The notes below the pieces were generated by a model. It ran no database searches, had not been told where the DNA came from, and worked only from the letters and a program-made list of their open reading frames with translations. This document shows positions 1-10,904 of a stretch of DNA of 64,000 nucleotides, piece after piece. The position numbers were made by a program, and so were the translations under genes. The first letter of the stretch is position 1, and each line of letters opens with the position of its first letter. The stretch lies in NCBI RefSeq assembly GCF_018350175.1, contig NC_058369.1:9984001-10048000 (forward strand), read 5' to 3'. This stretch comes from Felis catus (Eukaryota).

Positions 1-809
1 ACACTGTGACAAGAGGACGGCCGGCTGCTGTTAGAGCAGGGATACTGGGCAGGAGGTTACAGCAGTCATCCTGGAGCAGGGACAAACTTAAACCAGGAAG
101 TAGAGGACAGACGTGGACAGATTTGGGGTGTGTTGTTATGGACAGGAGCAGCTGTGTAACGGGTGCAAAATGAAACCAATATAACCAAATGAAACATGGG
201 GTCCCTTGTTCACAAGTTAGTAAGTTTCAGCCAGCGACAGCACAACATTGTGCCGGGTGCAAGGCCCCTTGTGGCTGCACGGGCCGAATGCTCGGGACGC
301 CAGCCCTGCTTGTGGAGTGGAGTAGGTGGGCTCACTGGGGCCTGGATACAGGTGGATGAGGTAACACCTCCTAACAGCATGAAATGGAGTTGCTTGGACT
401 GGGGTGGGAGGAGCAGAGGGGGAGGTAGGTGAGGATTTGAGCAAAGCCTCTCAAACTTCAGGGAGCGTTAAGAATTGCCCTCTACCTGTGCTCTTGCAGC
501 CCCTGTGGCACTGGATTAGAGTCATGTAGCAGCTACAGTGAATCTTCATTTGTGAATTCGCCTTCTTGCTAATTAGTAGTAGTTATCTGTAACCTCAAAA
601 TTGGGGTGTTTTCGTGGTCATTTGAGGACATGCACAGAGTGGGGAAAAATCTTGAGTTGTCTGATGTACGTGTTCCCAGGTGAGGTCATCACCTCACCTC
701 ATCTCAGCACATATTGTAAATGAGCATCCTTTTTGTGGTCTTTTTAATGCCACGTTTCTCACATTTTGGTGTTTTTTGTTGGTGATTTTGCAGTTTAAAA
801 TGGCCACCA

Positions 810-1027
810 GAGGTGCCTGGGTGGCTCAGTTGGTTGAGCGTCCAACTTCGGCTCAGATCATGATCTCACGGTTCGTGAGTTCAAGCCCCACGTCGGCTCA
901 CTGCTGTCAGTGTGAGGCCTGCTTTGGATCCTCTGTCCCCCTCCTTCTCCGCCTCTCCCCCACTCACGTGCGTGCGTGTCTCTCTCTCTCTCAAAAATAA
1001 ACAAACATTAAAAAAAAAAAAAAAAAA
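810..1027 (+). mobile_element. CAN-SINE (SINEC_Fc type)
   Basis: tRNA-derived head GCCTGGGTGGCTCAG, (CT)n, poly-A, TSD aaaa(t)ggccacc. Confidence 0.93.
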
Positions 1028-1034
1028 GGCCACC

Positions 1035-1244
1035 GGGGTGCCTGGGTGGCAGTTGGTTAAGTGTCCGACTTTGGCTCAGGTCATGATCTCACGGTTAGTG
1101 AGTTCGAGCCCCACGTCAGGCTCTGTGCTGACAGTGTGGAGCCGTGGAGTGTGGAGAGGGAGAGTCTCCCTCTCTCTCTGCCCCTTCCCCCTCTCACTGT
1201 CTCTGTCTCAAAAATAAACATTAAAAAAAAAAAAAAAAAAAAAA
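1035..1244 (+). mobile_element. CAN-SINE (SINEC_Fc type)
   Basis: Same architecture, same TSD. Confidence 0.93.
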
Positions 1245-1775
1245 GGCCACCATAGTGCTTACTACTGTCTAGGGTCCCTAAGGGCAAGAAGGTGATGATG
1301 TGCCTTATGGACAAAATACGTGTGTTAGATAAGCTTTTTTCAGGCATGAGTTACAGTGCTGTTGGCCAGGAGGTCAATGGGAATGAACCAACAATAATAC
1401 TAAATAAAGGGTCTTTAAACAAACACACATAAAACAAGCTTACGTATTTACTGGTTGACAAAAATAGGACTTGTAGGAACCTAATCCGTATTTCTTCCAG
1501 GGGCAATGGTTCGGTATTCGTTAATTCAGCATTTACAGCGACCTTCTGGAGCATAACTCCCGTGAATAAGGAGAATCGACTGTGATCAGTGGCTCATGGT
1601 GACAACGATGACACAGAGGTGGAGGAAAGGGAAACGTGTGAAGTACTTCTGAGAGGTCAGAGTTCTTGAAAGCAAGAGCCAGAATTCTGAACCTGAACCA
1701 CTGAACCACACCGTGTGCTTTTGGACAGAAGAGAATAATTCTAGGTGCCAAAGCCTCAGGCCTTGTCTCTCTTAC

Positions 1776-1891
1776 CTGAAAGATGAACATGTGTCTCCCT
1801 GCTGGAACAGGCCCAACCAGCACAGAGTCTAGGATTTGATCAAACTCCTCACTCTCCGCTGAGCCAACATAAATGATCTTCCACTCTAGGT
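1776..1891 (-). CDS. ASF1B: ASF1B coding exon 2 (116 nt)
   Basis: Acceptor TTACAG| before 1891, donor CAG|GTAAGA after 1776; 109+116=225 nt keeps frame. Confidence 0.96.
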
Positions 1892-4800
1892 CTGTAAGGA
1901 TATGAGGTGTTAGGGACTTGAAATAGCTGGGGAGCACGAAGGCAGGGGAAGGGTCTTCTCGAGTTTTGGACAGATCCTTAATATACTGAAAGAGTTTTAT
2001 TCTCAAGACCACCTGGCATCTCCTGGGCACTAAGTGCTGGGCACCACTGTCCGGTACACTGGAAGGGGCACGAGCCTCTAATTCTAGGGGGGAAATTTCT
2101 CCTGTGAGCCTAGCTTTGCCAAGCGACCTCGACTCTGCACCTCTGGGGGAACTCGGGGATCTCAGAGCCTGAGGGTGAACCGTATGGCAGAGGTTGAATT
2201 AGGCGCCACGTGACAGAGGCGTGCTGAGGGAACAGCAGGGAATTGGGCCATTTCAGGGCTCTGCCCACTGGGTGCTGGGATAGGAAGCAGCATCCTCTTT
2301 CACACACAGGGACCGGTGCCACCGAACTGAATAGATCCCTCGACAACTGGGGCATGGCAGCAGATTCCAATCCAGCAGGAGAGCCAGACAGCAGGAGGGG
2401 GAAGACGAGGCCACTGGGGGAGCCAGCCAGTCCCCAGGTCTTCCAGATCAGGCACCAACTCATGTCGGCTCTTAGACCCTTGGGTGACAGTGACTCAGTC
2501 AACAAACGTGGCACCAAAAGATGATCCTCTGAACCCCAAGTCTTTCATCCCATCCAGTGGGGGGGATCTCATCCCTGAGTATGTTCTAGCAAGGTGAAAG
2601 GAAAAGTGCTTAAGGAGAGACCCGGCCCATCAAGCGCCGGAAATCCCTGGTCACCGCTGCCTCTTGCAGGAGGTCCAAGTGTATCAGGGGCAAGGTCACG
2701 CTAGTACACGGAAGCTTGGCAGGAGACCTGAAACTTATTTTGGGTTCTTTGAAATTACACAACCCACAGCTCCAGCAGCCAGGGGCGGGGCGGGGGGAAG
2801 TTTCACAGGAAGTAAACTGTTGTTGAAGTTGCCCTGTTTCTTGGTCCAGTGTCCCACAAGAGCATCCAACTTTGGAAACACAGCTATGCGGGGCCACAAC
2901 TACGGAGGTTTGACACCTGAGCCCCGAGCTCTTCCTTGATACACTGACTTTCTGTCGCTTTGCAGTTTTACCCAGGCCCTCTACTCAGGAAAAAGGAGCC
3001 TGAAGGAGAGCAGGCCCCGCGTAGGCCACAGGCACCTGATGTCCAACACCATTGGCAAAACCTAAACAGCGACCGGAGTGGGTGCTGACCAGAAGAGAAA
3101 GCATGCTGTGCTGGCAGCCAGGCAAACGGGCCACAACGGCTCCCTCAATGCGGGCCGTTAAGAAATCAGAGAATAACAGAAGGCCATAGTGAAATATTGA
3201 CTCGAGGTTAGAGGAGCTGCTGAAGTCATCCATGGAAGATAGCAGATGATTGAGATAAAGGCCTACAAATTGGATCACCTTAAACTTGCCAGTGTTTTAA
3301 ACAGAAGCATTCCTAAGTGGCTTCATTTTGGAATATAACCATTCTTTAGAATTAGATGTGGGACGTCAATCACGAACACAGCACAAACTCATTCCTCTGG
3401 AATACAGGACTCAATTGTACCTATGAAACATGGTGCACCTAACTTTTTAGGCAACTTCAAGGGTAACTTGACAATATTCAATTTTGTCTTCACGCTCTAA
3501 CTTTACAACCGAACACCTGACAACATGCTCCTCCACTATATATGAAAACAAAACCAAAACCAACAACCTGATTAAAGCCATGCAAAAAACTATCGTTAGT
3601 TGAACTAGCTGGAGAGTGTTTCCTGCCTTAAAACACAACACAACACAGAAACCGCCCACGTAGGAGGCTTTTTTCTGTTTATCACTTTGCTGTTTTTCAT
3701 AATCATATAGACGAACCCTGGTCTGACCACGGTGACAGCTGTGGGTCAGAACATCTGCTTCCATGACTTATTCAAACAGCAGCTGTTGAATTTCTCCATG
3801 AAACAGAGGAAAAACACACGTAATGTATTAAACGTGGACCTATGCCTTGGAAGCATCTATTTCCAGTTGCTGAGGAGAGAAAAGAACCAAAGGGGCCCAG
3901 AGCCCTTGGGAAACACGGTCAGCCAATGACTGGGGGTTGGGTCTTTTGTCAGGTCTTCAGTTGCCAGTGTCAAGGTGACAGGACTGAGATTTCTCCAGAA
4001 TCTGAGAGACTCCTAAAGCCAGGCCCCCTCCATCTGTTTGGGAGTCAGGAAACGGATTCTCTCTGCTCCATGGGAAGAAGTCCAGGAAGAGGCAGAGAGC
4101 AAGTTGGCAGGTCAGAGTCATGGATAGCCCTAGGGATAGAACCAGAGTCTGGATTTTCAGGCCAGAGTTTGCTTTCCAACTTGAATTTCTCTGAGCAAAA
4201 GCTTTATTGTCTGGGTGTAATTAGTAATAGCACTCTCCTCATTCTCTTTTGAGAGTGTCCTGGTGTGGAAACAAATTCTACGCTCATTCTATTTACGTTC
4301 CATTTCTAAAATGAGGGATGCATTCTTTCTTTCCCCGGTTATAGTAAAAGCGGAGAACTCTGGACTCAGAGACAAACTTTAGTGTCAATACTTCTACAGA
4401 CCGGCTGTGTGACCTTGGAGAAGTCATCTCATTTCTATTAAAAAACGACCAGCGGTGGACTTTTGCCTTTCCTGCTCTGAGTCTATAAACAGATTAGTAA
4501 AGTAACAGGGCGGCAGGGGTTTTCCTAGGAATAAAACTACTAGATAATGACAATGCAACCATTTTTAAATGCAAGGAGCACAAACAGGCTGTTTGAAACC
4601 CGATCTCCTGCCTTCTGGGAACCGTGAATCCCTTAACCTATTAGCTCCTTACATCTCCTCCTGGCTTTAAAATTAAATCTTATTCCACAGTGTCATTCTA
4701 CACTTTAATTATTTATTTACACCCTGCCTTGTTCCAGAAAGGATTTAACTGGGCTTATTCTATAGTTAGTCACAAGTAGATTCCTTAATTTAAAAAGGAG

Positions 4801-6180
4801 AAGAACCTAGGAGAGATTGATCCATTGGCCCGGCCCAAAAGCACACATATCTCAAACCGTATCAGCCCCAAGCTAATCCAAGTGGCTGGCTTTTCCCACA
4901 AACCACCCACCTACCGCTGAGAGGTGCTAGTTAGCACACCATGGCCTCACAGATCTCCACCTCCTCAGCGGCTGTTTCTTCTTTAACCACCAAGTGGAGA
5001 ATTGGTCTAATGGAGTACTTCCTTCCTGAAAGTGGTGCCAAGAGTCCCTGGGCAACCTTACATTTTAGATTTTTATAGACCTTTACTTGAAAGGTCTTTC
5101 ATTCTTTGTGGCTTCCGTCTTCTCATCTGTGAGATGAGAGCCATGTCCACCTTTATAACACACAGATGAATAAGTACGTCGGTGAAAGCACCCTGGAAAA
5201 GATGCACAAAAAGTTCTGACCTCTCAGCCGGTTGTTTGAAGCCAGATACCGTCATGGCTCAGCCTGGCCCACCCAACCCCCCCGAGACTAGGTCAGACCA
5301 TCAAAAGTGTTGCAAGAAGCACCTCGGTAGATCAGCTGGAACCTGGTGGGCAGACAGTGGGAGCCGGCTAAGGCTTGCCTGGCTATGCCACCCCTCCAAT
5401 AGGAGTGTTTATCAAAGCAGGCAGAGAGGAGGGAGGGACCGAAGCTGGGGAGACCAAGTTATCTTGAAAGACTGGAGCTGGAAACCTGCCCTGCCTCCCC
5501 AGGTGGGTATCAAGAGTGGAAAGCTGGGGCCTAGCTAAGGAGGTGGGAAGTCAGGTTCTAGGATGTGTGCTTTGGGGCAGAAAACAATCAGAAGGGGGTG
5601 GGGGTGGGGTTGTTTTAAATATCAGCAGGCTAGGGAGGGGACTGGGAGACAAATGGGGAGATAGGGGCGAATTAGGTCTTGCCACGGGGGAAAGGGATTT
5701 CACAGGGAGAAAGGGTGATTAGAGGGGCTCCGTTGCGGAAAAAGGGAGGGAGTTTGGGGACGATAGGGTGACTGAAGGTCTCTGCAGGTTAAAGAACGGA
5801 GACTGAGGTCTCTACAGAGAAAATAGGTGCCCAGCAGGCGCTCCACAGAAAAAAAGAGGGGGGTGATGAGGTCTCCACAGGGATAACTGGAGTGACCCCG
5901 GGGCAGGGGGTTGGGTTGGCCATGGGGTGTCAGGGGTAGTCTCTACAAGGAGGCTGGGGCTGAAGCGGAGGGAAAGAGGGAGATCAGGGTTGGAAGGGAG
6001 ATCAGTTGTTTCACGGGGGAGGTCGGGGTCCGCCGGGGGGAGGGGGAATCTCCACACAGGCCCAGCCTCACCGTCCGCCAGGGCCTCACTGCACTCGAAG
6101 CTGATCTCGAACCGGAAGGGGCTGTGGAAAGGGCTCGGATTCTCCAGCACCGCCACGTTCAGCACAGAAACCTTGGCCAT
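1776..6180 (-). CDS. ASF1B: ASF1B histone H3-H4 chaperone, 5' partial CDS (exons 1-2, 75 codons; remaining exons lie left of the window)
   Basis: Exons 6072-6180 and 1776-1891 join in frame to MAKVSVLNVAVLENPSPFHSPFRFEISFECSEALAD-DLEWKIIYVGSAESEEFDQILDSVLVGPVPAGRHMFIFQ, a recognisable ASF1B N-terminus. Adjacency to ADGRL1 matches human synteny. Confidence 0.97.
6072..6180 (-). CDS. ASF1B: ASF1B coding exon 1 (109 nt)
   Basis: ATG at 6180-6178 in GCGATGG context; donor G|GTGAGG at 6071. Confidence 0.96.
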
Positions 6181-6865
6181 CGCCTTGCCGGGCTGCGGCA
6201 GAGGCCACAGCTGGGGCCGGGCCCGCGCCGAAGTCCTCTGTGGTCAGCCGGGTAGCGTTACCTAGAACCGCTCCCGCCTCTTCTGTCCGCGGACTGAAGT
6301 GCGTATTTGGTCCGCGCGCCTCCTTCAAATAGCCGGCCCCACCCTCCGGCCAATCACCGTCAACGCTTTCCGGCAGCGCGAGCACACCCTCAGCCAACCC
6401 TGGAGCGCGGGGTCGGCGCGCGCCGAGCCTCCGCGGACCAATCCGTGGAGCTCCCTCTCCGGGATGCGCGAGGGAGGCGGAACCATTTCTTGGCTTCTTC
6501 GGGTGTCCACCGGGAACCAATCCCCAGCGTCTCCGACTTGGGTGTCTAGGGAGGGGGTGGGCGGAATCAGAGAGCGGGGCTCCTATCGGCCAATCCCGAA
6601 GGTTCCCGCACCGGCGTGGCCCGCGCTTCGCCCAGTCCTTCCGGGAGACTCATCCCGGCGGAGGGCAGCGCCGCCAACTGCCTAGCGGTGGCGCGCGGCG
6701 CTCGCCTAAGAGGGCGGGAAGGGCGGTGCCGGCGCCCGCGGTGATTGGCAGGGAGGAGAGTGGCAGGGACGCAGCAGATTCTTTGAGAGGTGATTGGCTG
6801 GATTGGTCGCGGGGGCGGGTGGAGAGGAATACTTAGCTGGGGATTCGCGGCAGAGGAGCGGAAGT

Positions 6866-6937
6866 TGGCTGCCGGCGTGGTTGAAGCGTGTGTAGAGTGA
6901 GAGGAGGAGCGTTTGTCGCCTTGGCGTCTGTCAGCAG
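6866..6937 (+). ncRNA. Candidate first exon of a divergent lncRNA (positional counterpart of human ADGRL1-AS1); 5' end approximate
   Basis: Consensus donor CAG|GTGAGC after 6937, just downstream of ETS and inverted CCAAT sites; no coding signal; human has a divergent lncRNA here (recalled). Confidence 0.5.
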
Positions 6938-7399
6938 GTGAGCGTTGCCGGGACCTTCTTTAAGGGGCTCCCGGCCCCTCCTCAGACCCAGCGGTGGGGG
7001 AGTCCGTTGTGAACTTTGTGAACGTTGGTCACCCCCTCCCCCACCCCCGCGAGGGAGGACGGAGAGGCGGTCGTGCGACGCGCTGGGGCCCCGGGAGTGG
7101 GGCCTGGTTCGAGTCCGGCTCTCGCCTCCTTGAGCTGCTGGGAGGTTTCAGGTGGACACAGAGCGCTGTGAGTGGGAGTTGGGGTCCTGCCTTCTGCGAC
7201 TCAGCTCCCGAGGCCACGTCCTCCCCCCCCCCCTCCCCTCCCCGCCGCTCATTGAACGGGGCCGTGAAAACTCGCTGACGCGACTTGTGACTGCATAGTG
7301 CAACTAGAAACTTCTCTCGGCCCCCACGCCAGGGTCGGACCGCTGTCGCGCCCTGCCGGCCAGACTCCCGCTTCCACCCGGTGGAAAAATAACACGAGC

Positions 7400-7885
7400 C
7401 GCCTTTCTCGTGTCACATTTTTTTCTAGCAAGGACGTCTTAGTGAAAAAAAAAAAAAAAGTTAACAAAAAAATACAGGTGGAATGAATTTTAATGTTGTC
7501 TTTAACCCAGTATAGCCAAAATAGTATTTCAACAAGTGATGGGCCTAAAACATACAAATGAGATGCCTCACGTTCTTCTGCTAGGGTACTGAGGCTTCGA
7601 AGTCCCCTGTTTTAGGGTTACAGCTACACTTTCATCGGAAATAGTTGGTCTGGCGTTGGGTTTCCTAAAACTGACACTTGAAAATGGAGAAGCGCGTGCC
7701 CACGCTGTCGGCAACAGGCTTAAAAGTTTTCCCTGAGCTCAATTACACACCGGTTTTTTAAATGTCAGTGTTAATTAGTTAGAATTAAGTGACGTGGAAG
7801 GTTCTATTTTTACAGCGCAGCTGGAACTGTCTCCAGGTGTTCACAAGCCCCTGTGGCAAGTGGTTCCTGTATTCCTGGACAGTGT
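7400..7885. mobile_element. hAT-Charlie relic (MER33/Charlie5-like)
   Basis: TTTAACCCAGTATAGCCAAAATAG and CCCTGTGGCAAGTGGTTCCTGTATTCCTGGACAGTG resemble the recalled MER33 consensus. Confidence 0.5.
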
Positions 7886-7911
7886 GGGTCTGAAACCGGT
7901 TGGATCACTCT

Positions 7912-8144
7912 TTTTAAAAATTAAAAAAAAAAAAAAAATTTCTTTTTCCATGTTTATTTTTGAGAGCGAGACACGGAGTGCCAGTGGGGGAGGGGCAGAT
8001 GGAGAAGGAGACACAGAATCCGAAGGGGGGTCCAGACTGGGAGCTGTGGGCCCAGAGCCCGTCGCAGGGCTTGAACCCCCGAACCCGGAGATCATGACCT
8101 GAACCGAAGTGGGACTCTTAACCGACTGAGCCACCCGGCGCCCC
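7912..8144 (-). mobile_element. CAN-SINE
   Basis: Poly-T...GAGCCACCCGGCGCCCC reverse head. Confidence 0.9.
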
Positions 8145-8989
8145 TGGATCAGTCACTCTTTAAACATGAGTGTTGCTCTGCTTTCCGGGTGAGAATGTGG
8201 TCTTCCAGGCTCTACGGCCTTGCTTCTGGTCACCGCTCCCCAGGCCCGACCCCAGCTTCAGTGCAGCCACACTGTCCTTTTTGTTTTTGCCAACCTGGCC
8301 TGGCATTTCCAGCACAGAACCCCTCTCCACCCAGAGCCTCTTCCCCTGCTCTTGGCGTGGCGGGTGCCAGGTCTGCCTGTTCGAATGTGCTTTTCTCAGA
8401 GAAGCCTTTCCAAGGGGCCCCTGGCCGGTGTTCAGACTCCGCGTGGAGGCCTGAACACCAATTCCCGCTGCTAGCTCTTATCCAGCCACCTCTGTGGTTT
8501 TGGCACACTGAGTTGTAAGGCCTCGCGATGCTAGGCTTCTTTTTTTTTTTTTTTTTTTTTTTTTTGTATTTATATCTTCCGTTAAGTACAAAAATGTTTT
8601 GTGGCTAAAATCATTGAAAGTGTTTTTTCCCTTGAGATGATTTGGCTGCAGGAAAATCCACTTTTATGATCGGCTATGATTTCTTGGCGGATTTTCGTGA
8701 CTGAGAAAATCTGATTTTCAGATTATTTCCAAATGTAATTCAGTTGCTTATATGAATACTGCGTTTAATGATGAACGAAGTTGCCATGATGTTGTTTTCT
8801 AGACGTGTCATTAAATACTGATTCACTCCAACTTTGTAGTGTTCTTTTTGCATTGTGGGACTCCCCCCCCCCCCCCCCCCCACCTTTTTCATACCGCCTG
8901 AAAAGCTCATCAGCCGCAAGCGTTGTGTCTGTGGTGCTAATGAAGTAAATGGCTCCGTCTGTAATGAGTTCTCCATACAGCTGGCTGAA

Positions 8990-9790
8990 TAATCTTCAGT
9001 TGTAAACCAGATCATGTCGTCACCCTGCTTAAAACCTTCAAGGGCTCCTCAGGTTTAGAATGAAACCTAAGGTCTTTACTGTGGCTCAGGCCCTGCGCCG
9101 TGACCTCAGCTGACCTCTCAGGCTTCACCACCTAGTCTTCCTCTTGTTCCCACTCTCAAGTCCTGCCGGCTTCATTTACCGTCTTTCAACACACCAAGCT
9201 TGTTCCTGCTGTAGGGCCTTGCACTTGCCGTTCCCCCTGGAATGTGCTGTTTTCAGATCATTGCATGGCCGTCTCCTTCCCGTCGTTTATGGCTCCACTC
9301 CAGGGCCCCTCTCAAAGAGGCTTTCCCAGGCCACGCTGGTTAAAGCAGCTCCTTTTTTTTTTTTTTTTTAAATGTTTATTGAGAGGAGAGAGCAGGGGAG
9401 GGGCAGAGAGAGAGGGAGGGAGACAGAATCCCAAGCAGGCTCTGAGCTGTCAGTGCAGAGCCTGACGTGGGGCTCATACCCATGAACTGTGAGACTGTGA
9501 CCGGAGTCGAGACCGAGTGTCGGATGCTTGACCTTCTGAGTCACCCAGGCACCATAACGCACCTTTTCCTTACATCACCCTGTTTTACTATCTTGGTAAC
9601 ATTCAGAACTTAAATTGGTTTTAGACTGTGCTTCTCTCTCATCATTCCTCGGTAGATGGACAGCTAGTTGAGGGCAGAGCTCTCACTTGCCTCACATTGA
9701 CCTTTGAGTGTATTCAAAAGAGTAAATTCACATAAAGGGCTTAACATAGTACCTAGAGTCTGAAGAGCACTCCATGACATAAACCTTTAG
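8990..9790. mobile_element. L2 LINE fragments, interrupted by a CAN-SINE at ~9353-9553 (-)
   Basis: Typical L2 3' phrases (CCTGCTTAAAACCTTCAAGGGCTCC, AGGGCCTTGCACTTGCCGTTCCC). Confidence 0.6.
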
Positions 9791-10105
9791 TAGTATACAG
9801 TAATAAGGAGATGAGTCTTTATTCTTAACATAATATTTCAGGTGCACACACACTTGGAAAGGTATAAGAAATGCTAGAACAAAATACATTTTTACCTGTT
9901 TCCCAGCTTAAGGAGTCAAACATCAGAGATGCCATTGTGAGGCCTTGTGTACCCCTGCCTCAAACCAAGTCCTTTCCCCTTGTAACTACAACCCTAGATT
10001 CAGGGTTTATTTTTCTGTGCGTGTTCGTACAATTTAATATCTGTGTGTCTTTAAACAATGCATAGTATTATGTGTCATGTTCTACAGTTTTATATAAATG
10101 AAATC

Positions 10106-10614
10106 TGTGCAAAAAAGAGTTGGCCATAGTAGGTATGAGACTGCTGTCCTTTAGGAAGGCCTGTTTGCATGGTTGACCCTTGACTGGTCTCTAGGAACTT
10201 GGATTTCAGAAGAGTTCTGCCATCCCCTAAAGAGTGGTTCTTGGTGCCTAAACTGTACGATGTGCTTTATGTTGAATATCTCCTTTCCTTCTGGAGTCTA
10301 GTGTTTTTGGTACTTGACTAGCCCCCAATAAATACCCTGGGCATTGATTCTCTAATGAGCTTCCAGTGGGCAGTATTTCACGTGTGTTGTCCCAGCTCTC
10401 CTGGGGAAACTAAGTGCATCCACGTGACTCCACTAGGAGAGGATTCCTGGAATCTTGTGCTCCAGACTTTGCACCATGGGCCTTTTCCCTTGGCCAGTTT
10501 TGCTTTGTACCCTTTCACTGTAAGAAATCATAGCTGTGTGTAGGCTCTATGCAAAATTCTGTGAGTCCTCCTAGTGAGTCATTGAACCTAGGATGATCTT
10601 GGGGACCCCGGACA
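10106..10614 (+). mobile_element. Solo LTR, MER68/MER21-like (ERVL)
   Basis: TG...CA ends, internal AATAAA at ~10327, 3' end GAACCTAGGATGATCTTGGGGACCCCGGACA typical of this group. Confidence 0.65.
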
Positions 10615-10904
10615 AGGTAGCATACCGGACATATACTTAAAAGGTGAGGCGAGCATGGCACCTGTGGCACAAAATCTGAGGAGGCGTTCACTCTCAGGGT
10701 CACACAAGTGTCCAACCTATACAACGCTGAGGGTGAGTGCCTCCTAGAATTTTCATTCTAGACACCTTGCTTGATCCACTCTGGTCACAGCCGTTACCTC
10801 TGAAACTTGCTTTTTTTGTCCAACATAGTGTGTTTGCAGTGTATATGTGTTTACGTATATGTAACATCGCTGCAAAAGCATTATGTTGGACCCAAAAAAA
10901 TACA

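Larger units (their letters stand above)
540..1582. mobile_element. Tigger-family (TcMar) DNA transposon relic, Tigger13a-like, split by two SINEs
   Basis: Terminus ...GAATAAGGAGAATCGACTG and internal sequence resemble the recalled Tigger consensus; left boundary approximate. Confidence 0.6.
6020..7410. promoter_or_regulatory. CpG-island, probably bidirectional cell-cycle promoter (ASF1B and a divergent transcript)
   Basis: High CpG density; CHR TTTGAA on minus at 6324-6329; CCAAT at 6350, 6438, 6517, 6590; ATTGG at 6744, 6793, 6802; E2F-type GGCGGGAA 6713-6720; ETS CGGAAGT 6859-6865. Confidence 0.88.

Noticed and set aside
680..1347. ORFs such as RGAWVAQLVERPTSAQ
   Set aside because: Translations of CAN-SINEs; the same peptides recur at every SINE.
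2985..3764. 97-aa and 105-aa minus-strand ORFs in ASF1B intron 1
   Set aside because: No recognisable homology or splice context; lengths are within chance expectation.
8863..8881. Long C/G homopolymers (also ~32240, ~50010, ~52186)
   Set aside because: Common and unstable in this GC-rich region and prone to sequencing length error; no specific function is supportable.
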